Source of the DNA: Selaginella moellendorffii
Taxonomy: Eukaryota > Plantae > Lycopodiophyta
Length of the DNA stretch: 64,000 nt
NCBI RefSeq assembly: GCF_000143415.4
Contig: NW_003314330.1
Span: 434,001 to 498,000, forward strand
Reading direction: 5' to 3'
Shown here: positions 50,543 through 61,563 of the stretch, in pieces
Layout: the number at the start of each line of letters is the position of its first letter
Position numbering within the stretch: the stretch's first letter is position 1
Made by a program: the position numbers and the translations under genes
The notes under the pieces: generated by a model
What the model was told of the DNA's origin: nothing
The model's database searches: none
The model's input: only the letters and a program-made list of their open reading frames with translations

Positions 50543-50638
50543 TTCGTGCTGCGGTGTGCCATACTCTAGAGTCGTTTCCAGAGGCGTTCTGTTTGATACA
50601 ACGCTTGCAATCTCCCACGAGAATGCCGACCAGTTTGA
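50543..50638 (+). pseudogene. Pin-II-like peptide copy 3 (exon-3 remnant)
   Basis: Frameshifted, partly deleted copy of exon 3 plus the 3' flank of copy 1. Confidence 0.7.
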
Positions 50639-50718
50639 CATCCAGAACAAAATTGCTGAATAAAGGAGTTTGTGAAACCTCCTAAAGAACCCAAAGATCA
50701 AAAGACAAGGTGGATGAT

Positions 50719-51005
50719 ATGTTTTTCTTTTATTACATGATGCTGGTGGTTCTCTTGGGTATAATCTTGGCTTGATCGTGAAGATTCCTTGTCGTTCTTG
50801 TTAATGTATCAGGCGTTGGGATGCAAGCTGAATCTCCTGGACAGCAGGCGCTCCTCCAGCGAGACAATTCGATGTATAACTTTGGAGATCTTTTCTAGTT
50901 TGCCCGACTGTGTGCCAGTACACTAGAGTAGTTTTCAGAGGCGTTCTGAATGTGAACGCATGCTTTAACTCTTGCAATCTCCCGCCAAGATGCCGGCAAG
51001 TGTGA
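50719..51005 (+). pseudogene. Pin-II-like peptide copy 4 (intron-2 donor deleted, one Cys changed to Phe)
   Basis: ...LVVLLG|VGMQAESPGQQALLQR; exon 3 CPTVCQYTRVVFRGVLNVNACFNSCNLPPRCRQV*. Confidence 0.72.
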
Positions 51006-51074
51006 TAAGACACAGTCCCACATCAATAAAGAACCACATTATTATGTTAAATATCAGTTTAGGGTTCTAGCAGC

Positions 51075-52100
51075 GATGGGCCGGAGGAGTGGTTTGCCGG
51101 AATGAAGCTCCGTAACGTGTTCTATCCAGTCCGGAACTTCCACTCCCCTCCAAGAAGTCGCACTGGACTGTGCCAACGGTGAGCCGAGGAGAATGACCGC
51201 CGCAGAAGCAATTGAGCTGCTTCGAGTGGGACAACCGTGTGGAACTTTGTGAGGAAGTATACCGGGTTCTCAACTTCTGGATTCGATGGTGGTGGAGGTG
51301 GCAAGAACGCAAGCTTGGGAAAGGCTCAAGCTATCCACCGGAAGCGGCAAGTCCGCCGTTGAGATGATAGGACGGTTGGAAGCGAAGTGGACAAGAGTTT
51401 GTCAAGACGTTAGCAGCGCAGTGTCAAAAATGAACTCGACCAGGAGTTATACTTGATCGAGCCAAAGATTGCCTGGAGCGATGGTCTGGTGCTTTACTTC
51501 TCTGCGAATACCGCGAGTTGGAAGTATATCTTAGTCATCGCTGCATTACCTGAGCGAAGCAAGGATCATCAAGTCTCCACGGACAGAGCACCTGTTTGAT
51601 ACCAGGGGAAAGAGCGTCACACCGGACAACTGAGCACCGCACTGGAGACTTTGAGGCCCGCCAAGAGCTTGCACCTGGAAGATAGCTTGGGTTACGGCAA
51701 AATCCTCGCACAGAACCGCTCTCAATTCATATCCTCGAGGGAGCAAAAACGGTATGAAGTTTTGGACCGGTGGATTGCCCAGTGATTGGCCAGCATCCAC
51801 TCACCATAGAGTATCCCAGCAAGCAAAACAGCCTTTCGTTGTGCTTGATTCCTGCTGTTGCTCTCTACTACCTCTCCTTGATTCCTGCTACTCCAACACC
51901 CTGTATCCTGAGTTACAAGACACACTTGGCCTTGCTCTTGAGCAGCATCCCATCCGTCATGAAGAACTTTTTCTATCGACTTCTCTATCTCGAGCTCGTT
52001 CGCTTGCTTGATCACAGCATTAAACCTCTCTTGGCTGTAAAATCTCTCCTTTTCAACGTCCAGGATGTCGAATACGATGAAGTAGTCCAGTATCCTAGTG
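51075..52100 (+). pseudogene. Possible decayed gene (weakly F-box-like N-terminus)
   Basis: GC-richer, coding-like sequence with stops; LP..E...RVLS..LPL...TVSR pattern spread across frames. Confidence 0.25.
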
Positions 52101-54989
52101 AATGTTTCAGCATGAAACGGCAGAATAATAGTGATCCATCTTGTCGTTTTGTAGTGTAAGCATAGCAGTTTTTAGACAGATATGGGGAAAGGGAAGGAAG
52201 AAGCACTGAGCTCCAAGGTTCTCGATTATGGAGGCCAAGTTCCCAAAGAAGAAGATTCTGGGAGTGGTTACGGGATGCGAGCGAATGCTGGCAATTCTTC
52301 CCCCAGAAGAAGTCGCAAGGATGACTGTGGGGCAATATCAAGCTTACCAGAAATGGCAGAGTATTTTGAGCAAAGTGATGTCACGGCTAGAGCTATGTTG
52401 ATTGAGTGCGTTCAATCAGAGGACATAGGGAGTTTGGTGTGCACTTCAACATTTTTATTGTGAGCAGTCATGGGCTAGGGAGATGAGCATCTTCCAGAAA
52501 ATGGTGAATTGTTGGTAGGGTCCTCATGAGAAGGCACAAAACTACATTGACTGGATGACAGTGTTCAGTGTCAAGCTGCAGAATATGAGGTCATCATTTT
52601 CTGCTGCAATAGGAGCTCTCATGATTATTGGTCTTAATGAGAAGTACGAAAGCCAAGATTGAGCTTCAAATGAATCATCTTCGACCAAGCTTGGATCAAG
52701 TCATTGCTAATATTCATCACTATGCCAACCTCAATGACATCTTCTCAAAAAAAGATGTTAGTGAATCCAAGGACAAAGACATGTTGGGAGGACATTCAAC
52801 AAAAGGTAGAAAACAGGAAATGAACAAAAATTTTGTAAACATGAAGGACCAATAGCAACCTTGGCAACAACTAAAGAAGATGATATAAGTCTATTGTTCC
52901 TGTATTTATGGATTTTTTGGATAAAGGTTCTATGTTGTCGTTGTTATTGTATTTGACTTTTAGTGTTCACAAAGTGTTGAACAAGATTTATTTTCTCTTT
53001 AATGAGGTTTGCAAGGTTTAAAAGATAAAGCTATGGATTCAAAGGCTTCACAAATCGCAAAAAACTTCATCCATCATTCACTAAAAAGTTGCTGGAACAT
53101 TATTCAAACTAAATGGCATTATCAACAATGTTATTGAAGCTAAAATATTTCACTGAAATGTAAGGTGTTACTCTGATATTAAGGTATTGATTATTCATAA
53201 TTTTTTTTTTCTTAAAACCATAACATATCAGAAAATTTAAGAATGGTCCATAGATTGATTTAATAATAATAAAATTTTAAGTGATGATAAATCACATTTT
53301 TTAAGATGGTAGCCTTTTGTACTGTGTCTAATGTTGTTTCAATGATATTTTCACCTATACATCATTATATTTATTCATATGTTTTCCATCTATCAATGCT
53401 GGTACTTTGTTTTCTTAGAACTTATCTTTTGCCTCTGTAGATTATGCTGAGTCGGGCAAATGTCAAAGCAAGAGTTGGCTTCTGGATAGTGGAGCCACCC
53501 ACCACATGATGTTTGATCGATCACTTTTCCAAAAAATAAGTTATAAGAAATTCTTTTACTCTGTGTGTACAGTTAGTAGAGAAGCTTTGTGAATAATAGC
53601 ATTTGGATCAATTTATTTTCCATGCTTTCAACTTGAAATCTCTAATGTTTTATTTGTGAAGTTAGCCAAGCATATGCTTTCAATTTCTCAACTTACAGAG
53701 CAAGGAATCTACACATTTTTCCATTGCATGGCTATAGACTTCATTTTCCATTGAACACAAATTGCTCAAGTGATGGCTAAGAATGAACTTTACTTCTGTT
53801 TTTCTTGGTCATACTCTTAGTGTAAATATTACTATCTTGCAGTTATGACACTTTTATTTGGGATATATAACGAGACACCTCAAATGGATTGCAGAGTACT
53901 TGATCTAATGCACATAAATTATGATGTGTGTGAGAGCTGTCTATGTGCAAAAATGAAGAAGAAACCATTAAAGAAAGCTACAACTAGACATAAATCAGTT
54001 TTAGATCTTGTTCATGTCAATATCTAGGGGCCTTCACTGGTAAAATTGTTCAAACAGGGCTTGATACTTTGCATAGATAGTATGTTTTTGTGGGTTGAGG
54101 AAGTGAACACAATAGTACACATTTCCTTCTAACAAAAGCTGTATCAAATAAAACATTGCATAGATAGGTACTAAACCTTCTATTTCATACTTACATATGT
54201 TTGGTTGTGTAGATTTCATATATATATAAGATGAAAAACAGTGAAATAAATGGGAAGATCAATCAACAAGATACATGATGTTTAGCTATAGTGAGATAAC
54301 AGAAGGTACCTATCAGGTTTAGATTTTCAGTCCGAAGGAAGTACTTATTTTCTTTTGAGAATCAATGCCAGCATACTCTATTTCATCAATTACCAATGAG
54401 AATATCAGATATTTTAAGTCGGTTTTAAGAAGTGGATATGAAGATGATATGGTCAAAGACACTACTACAGATTCATCACCACTTGTTACTTAGGAATCAC
54501 CACCACCACTTCCTATTGAACTGCCACCCAAAATTTCATCACAAACTCCAGAAACTCCACTCATTCCACACATGTTGTTAAGATGGTTTCCATTTATTTG
54601 GTTCTAATCACTTGGATTTTGATGCATGTTAAGAACACCTTTCTCAATAGGGAACTAAAGCAACTGGATTATATGCATAAGTGGAAAGGAACACTTTGTA
54701 AACTAACTATCTATCTATAGACGAAAGCAATCTGCAATGATATGGTAGAATGCTTATGCTTGGTTTTATATGGTAGGACATCACTAAGAATATGGAAATT
54801 TCTTCACCACACATTTAGCGCCACTACAATGTTATAGACTCTCTAAAGCCAAATCACAATCTGAGGGGGAGAAGGAGATAATGTAGCTAGAATATGGTTG
54901 GAGCTTTAATGTACCTTGCAATGGCAAGTAGGCCAATATAGCAGTGGCAACATCTCCATCTTAGGACACCTACATTATCTTTTAACAGA

Positions 54990-57900
54990 TGTGCCGCCCC
55001 AGCCAAACTCCCCACCTGACAATGTCATCTGCCTAGATTGGCCTGCATGAGCTGGCCTTGGGATAAGAAGAAGGGGCTAGGCCTTGTCTCCATCTCATGG
55101 AGTAAGTAAAATAATGTTAAAAGTAGTGGTATTTCACTTGTGCCAAAGCTCCCATCTTTAAATCAATGCTTCATGTGGCTAGCCCAACAAGAATGACTTT
55201 CGTCTCTTGTGGCAATACACCTCCCAAACACAGCATGCAAGCTATGTGAAGCAATGGAGACACAGTGACATATACTATAATGCTCGGCAACACAGAACAT
55301 CTGGGAGGGAGCCATAGCAATCCTCAAACGAACCTCACAAAGAGGCACAGCCATCACCTACAAATCTGCACTCTAGGGCAGCTTCCTAGGGCAGCTTGTT
55401 GCAAACGCCTTGGCATACTACCTTGCCCAACCTAGAGGCCTGAAAGGGATGTCCCTCCCTGGCTGCCAAAAATCACTACAAGATATGATGCTGGCAACCA
55501 ACGAGGACCTTCTCTCCTCAGCCTTCACAGATGACACAGGGATCATAGTAGAGGGCTCACTAGCAAATCTATTGCATCTCAAGCAAGACCTCGACCTGTT
55601 CAACGAAGCAATGGGATCAAAAGTGAACTAGTCCAAATCAATGGGCCTATGGCTACCACAAAACCAACTGCCCATATGGGGAACCAAACTAGGCTTCAAG
55701 TGGGTACACCCAGACAAAACCACCCAATACCTTGGCTTCCAAATAGGATATCACTATGATCCAGAACCCCAAAACCGCAAAGCCGTCATAAAATTATGGG
55801 ACCAACTCAAGTTTTGGGCAAGTAGGAAATTGTCCTTCTCGGCACGTTGCGTGGTAGCTAACAACATCCTACTTGGTGCTATCTAGTTTCTCGCGTCCTA
55901 CTGAAATCTAGATCAAAGGACAATCCGAGAGATGAACCAACTGATCAGAACATATATGTGGAAAGGCTCATCCTGTGTCTCATGAGGCAGTGCCAAAGTG
56001 GACTGGTGATTGGTCACACTACCCAAGCACAAAGGGGGACTGAACATAATCGACATTAAGGAACAATGCAAAGCCCTTCTGGTCAAGATCTTCATGAGGA
56101 TGCTCATGCCAGGAAACCAACCTTGGAGACTACTACTACGCCACCAGTTCCTTAAGATCCTCCCAGATTGCCAAGAACATACATGGCAGGATTGGGCACC
56201 AGATGAGCAATGGATGTTCTCAAATGACAAACTCAAAATGCCAAGCACCAACACCTTCACTGGAAAAATTTTCAAGGTATATTACCAACTCAAATCCAAG
56301 CTACAACATAAACCACCACGAACCAAGGAACAGTTAGACTGTCAACCAATCTTCCTTAGCAAGTGGTTCCAAGTCAGAGGAAAAATGCTAGGTGAAACGG
56401 AACATCGAGGCCTGGATCAAACCTGTAGGGACCTACACAAAGTGGGCATACGCACGTTCGCAAAGGCTGATACCATGATCCAAGAACACTAGAATAATAG
56501 GTATCTCATTGATGGCAGAATGTGCCATACTAAAGTTGTGGGAAAGATGTTCCTATAAGAAAGTAACTTTGGCCTAGAGTTGGGTGCAAACACTATAGTG
56601 CGGTGCTAACGGATAGTTAGCATGAGGAATAACTATATTGGTCTTGGCAAAGACTTAGACACTAATAAGTAGTGTCATAAGGATAGGCTCGTAGGGCCAA
56701 TGGTGTGGAGATACTAAATGTGCCAAGGTGTGATACCTTGAGGTTATGTTGGTGGGTTCATAAGAACCCCTTGCCAAGGGAATCCCAACGGAAATGGGAA
56801 TGGCATAGCCTAAGTTGGAAGGCATATGGTAAAGTGTGGCGACCAAAATAATAATAGAGGTGTGGAAGCACTAGCAATGAGTTGTAGGACTTGACAACTA
56901 TAAAGCAACTAAGCAAAATGTGCAAAATAATTGGGTAAACTGGTAAAAGGTAGCTTCCCAAGACTTTTTAATGGCATAAGGAAGTTAAATATACCCTTAT
57001 GGGGGAGAAATTGCTTATGTTGCGATATAGTAAGTCAATGTCGTAAAAGGGAATGCTCATTAGATGGCCAACAACTCTGACCGGATCAAAGCCTTCTATG
57101 GACTGGAGATCTCAGAACCCAGGATGCAAAAGTTCCAAACTGCTTGCCACAAAGCCTGATGGGCGTGCCTTGAGACCCTATAGATAACCGACATGCCAAC
57201 TCATCACTGGTGGAGACTAAACGACACGATTATATGTACACTCCCAGGCAGGACTTTTGGCCTGATCTTTGAGGTGTGACATGTGGGATGCCTCCTTCCC
57301 CTCATTACCCCAGAATACAAAGATCTCCCGGACATGACTGCCGCTCAACCTATCTATGTCATCCAGATGGAGAAGAAAACCACATGCATAGACCCAGCAA
57401 TTCCAGAACGATAGTATGCCAAACTCTATTGGTTCCACCACCAAACCTTGGACAAACTACAATGGGACCCGGCAGAGTGGAAGTGGAAGGACACATGCAA
57501 AGGGTTCTTTCAATATGAGACCAGGCTCGGCCGATGAATGATCTGCCCCCCAGCTCATTCCACCTTTTTCCAAAAAGCAAGAGCTTAACAGATCCTCCTC
57601 CTGAACCACTCACAATATGTGAACAAGATTTGGAGAGGTTGTTGGTCCACCAAAAACCGATACTTTATGTGGCTAGCCCAACAAGAATGACTTCCCTCTC
57701 TTGCAGCAATACACCTCCCGAACACAGCATGCAAGTTATGTGGAGCAACGGAGACACAGTGACATATACTATGGGAATGCTTGGCAGCACAAGACGTCTA
57801 GGAGGGAGCCATGGCAATCCTCAAACAAACCTCACAAGGAGGCGTGGCCATCACCTATGAATCTGCACTCTGAGGTGGCTTCCTCCAAGGGAAGACCAAA

Positions 57901-58450
57901 CGTTCAGACACCTAGAAATGGAAGCATAACGAAGACCTCTATTTTGACTAACTCAACCGAACATGCACTCACCTCACACATCTCCATCAGGAACTCTTTG
58001 ATGCTCTTAGGGGATGTACTTTAGCAGAGATTTGGAAGGCCTGCTGCACCAAGACATTTAATGATAAGGACCCCTCAGCTTGGGCAAAAAAGGTCTAGTC
58101 ACAACTGATCGTCACACTGGTGTCTAAAGTAGATACACTGGTAAAAAAAGGAAACAAAGGGAAGATTGCTTAGGGATGGGCTCTCTGGCGGTTCTTTAGA
58201 CATGGAAGCGAGGCTGGTGAAGACGAATGGACTTAGAAACCACCAATATGGCTTTGGCATCACTTGTCTAAGAGTGACAAAATGTGTACCTCCCGAAGTC
58301 CCTTGAACTCCCCTTCCGGGACTTCAACCACGTGGACCACGATGGACATAGTCTTGAGCTTTAGTTCAGCTCCGACCCTCTCACCCCCCCTTATCTGCTC
58401 TTTTCCAGTTTTGAGCATGTCGAAGACTCTATGGTTTTCTAGAGACTAAA
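54990..58450 (+). mobile_element. 5'-truncated, decayed L1-like LINE
   Basis: FTDDT; F.EAMGSKVN*SKS; YLGF; LSFSAR..VAN..L; LPKHKGGL.I (RT and downstream region); 55175-55375 repeats 57668-57870. Boundaries approximate. Confidence 0.8.
56492..57061 (+). mobile_element. LTR-less internal fragment of the 7.6 kb element family inserted in the LINE
   Basis: Diverged reverse complement of ~4779-5350. Confidence 0.8.
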
Positions 58451-59771
58451 TAAGTAAAACCCGGTTGATAAAGCATATGTCAATTCTTGCAAAACACATT
58501 GGTGGTGGAGCAAATCTTCAACTACATAGCATAGATCTCACCACTTCACCTTGAGTTCAAAGGCATGCCAGATGGAGAGTTGGAGTAGGGACATAAGTTT
58601 GATATGGAATGGTTGATGCCAACTTAGCTGGAGATCACAACAATCACAAATTAGAACTGGGTATATATTTAAATTCTCTAATACAATTGTGTCTTTGGCA
58701 TAGCCAGAAACAACACATGTTAGCATTGTCAACATGAGAAGCAATATACAATGCAGTGACAGAAGCAATAAAGGAGGCATTGTGGATTTGTTCACTGTTG
58801 CAAGACATCAGATTTGAAATGCAAGCACAAATGAATGCATACAATGACAACACAATATGTCTACAATCCATCATGAACCCAGTACACTATGGCAGAAACA
58901 AACATTTGGAAATGTTTCACTACTTCATTTGAGAATAGGTAAAGTGAATTTTCCCATTTACTCTTTCCATCATAGGGATGGAGCTGTGGAAGGGATTTAC
59001 ATCCAGATTGATAAGAGGGATTGGCTCAACGAGAGGATGAAGGTGGTGAGGCTGAATTTGTTCTAGGGAATCAACAGTGGTCCAAGTTTAAGATTGCAAA
59101 GAACATACTTCAACATTAATCCCACGAGGTATTTGTTTGATCTTTCTTTTTAGATTGCAAGATTGTAAACTCTTGAAACATCAAATTACAGCAGTGCTGA
59201 AATGTGTTGTGTGAGACAAGGTTTAGAAGCTGGTGACACCATCATAGTGCTCAGTAGAGCAGTTGCAAACTTCTCATTGAAGAGATTTTTAAGTTGGATG
59301 GCTTGTCCTGAGCTATAGGATCATCTTAGTGATGACGTAGCTGACCAAATTCTAGAGGAGCTCCTTGTCTCCAAGTGCCTTGCCAGTGAGGGCCCGAATC
59401 TCCAAGACTCCCTCTGTGGTGGTAGTGATGGCAGTAGCCAGCACCCATGTTGAAGATCAGTGCTAGCATCTCAGCAGTGCTGGCTGATATTGGAGCTCAG
59501 ATTCCTTGCTGCTGGATCATCTGGGCATAGAAAGAACAGTGGGAAGCTTGTTACTCATGATAATATTCAATTTGGGTATGGGTTGATATTAATCCTAAAT
59601 GCTTATCCATGTGCATAAGAAGTTTTAAATTCAAATCCCATGAGTAAAAATTTAGGGATCAATTCCTACCATGGCTAATAATGATGAATATACTCCTTAA
59701 TAAATACAAAAGAGATGAGAAATATGTGACAAACTTGAGATTAAAGCTAATGTTGCAAAGTTGCTCTAAAT

Positions 59772-60180
59772 TACATATGAAGAAAAGAAGGCCTATCTTT
59801 ACTCAATACTCTTGTACTAGTGAGTGATTCTCTAGAACATGCTTAACAATATAAAAGATAAAGAATATATTATACTACTATGTGGTGTGGATATCTCACT
59901 ATAGTAAGCTTTAATGGAGGAGGTTTGGTAAAGGGAGGCTTTTGCTTAAAAGCCTCAATCTTGTGTGGGTGATGGTTGGCTAGAGATCCTTAGATTGATT
60001 TGATTGATTATTTGTGTAGAAATATTTGAGTTGTTTATTCTTCCTTTTTAGAATATTTTTAGTGTACAATTGACTTTCTACTTAGTGCACACAGAAAACT
60101 AACATGTTCTTATAAATATGGTCTTACACTATGCTATTATTAAATGTCTTATCTATTTTTTGTCAGTAAGTTTTTATCCT
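59772..60180 (+). pseudogene. Diverged copy of the last-exon end and 3' flank of the 39597-41995 gene
   Basis: tacatatgaagaaaagaaggcctatctt...ctcaatactcttg is shared with 41944-41990 and colinear similarity continues downstream. Confidence 0.7.
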
Positions 60181-61563
60181 TTGGTGCTCATAAAAGCTCA
60201 TATTTATAATTGTGTTTGTTCTAATTTAGAACTTTAGAACTCTGATAATATGAGATATATTAATCTTAAAGATAAAGTAAAAACTTTGGTTTGAATTTTA
60301 ACATTGGAGAGGAACAACTCAATTGTGGTGTGATGCTAAAATGATATGTGAAGAAAATAATGGAAAAACTATTTAATGCTTATAAATTTAGTACATAAAA
60401 ATGTTATGAAATTGAATAATATGTGTTTTCATATGTAATTTTTCAAACTTATGGGGAGTTGATAATTCTCTATATTCACTAACACCTATAAAAATATCCT
60501 ATAATTAATAAATCAAAACAATTTGAATTATTGTGATTGACAAGAATAGACTTATTTGTGCTTTCCCAATTGTAATGGACAATTAACTTATTATTCCTTC
60601 TTTAAAACTATATGTCAAGTCTATAATTTTTTTTTCATCCTCAACTTAGATGGCCTCCTTAATTTCTAGAAGTATAAGAACAAAAACAAACTTAGAAAAA
60701 GAGATTTAAATTTTCATTTTAAAAACTTGTTTATTTCCTTTATGGTGTGAATAAATTTTGATTTTAAAACTTTATTCTTTTAATATAAACATTTTAAATA
60801 ACTACACTTTTTCATAGTGTCACTCTGTAGCATGATAAACAAACCATGATTCTTTATGCTGATGGTGATATCTTACATGAGTAAGAAAAAAATTGCTATT
60901 GTGTTAGAAACTTTTATTTTATAAAAAAAATAGCTATAAAAAATAAAAAAGACTTGTCATTTATAGATTTAAATATATACATATAAAAATATTTATGAAA
61001 CATTAAAATTGGTTATCTAAGGTGTATATCTGACTTTTAAATAATAAATAATAAAAAATGGAATTTTTTAAATATTTTTTTCATATATAAAAAATTAAAT
61101 TTAAAATAAATGATTTGTATTAGTTCATATATCAATATTTAGTTTGGCCTTAGAAATGTAGACCTATGAATTTATAACTTTTAAGTTTAATACAATTTGA
61201 CAAGTATTTTAAATGTATTAAATTATGCATTATATAAATATTAATTGGAAATCTTAAGATTTACTTAAATAATTGTTTTCCATACATTTAACAAGGTAAT
61301 TTTACTAATATTATTATAGTATTTTAAAATTTAAATTAACAAAAAATTTGTTTAATAAATTTAAATTCGTTCATAAAGTTTTACTGAATTTTTTAGTAAA
61401 TCAGTTTTCAATTTAATTATGAAATATACTAAATAGCAATAAACTTTATGTTATTAAAACTACTTTCTTAACTTAAACATAAAAAAGTAAAATAAAATAA
61501 TCTTCTGAAACTTTTATTATCTAATTTGGTTTTTGTTGTTAAAAAATTATTTTAAATTTTTTT

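Larger units (their letters stand above)
53420..58930 (+). mobile_element. Decayed Ty1/copia pol interrupted by a LINE
   Basis: WLLDSGATHHM (protease, ~53476); CESC...LDLVH (integrase); LMYLAMASRP (RT, ~54905); DA.LAGD...SQKQ..LALST.EA.Y.A.TEA.KEALW (RNase H, ~58610-58790); copia domain order. Confidence 0.8.

Noticed and set aside
52182-52855. Short ORFs upstream of the copia remnant
   Set aside because: No identifiable domain.
59040-59672. Exon-like fragment and an imperfect inverted repeat with a GTT/TTCAAATCC-like box
   Set aside because: Contains stops, has no clear homology, and does not fold as a convincing tRNA; MITE or SINE status unsupported.
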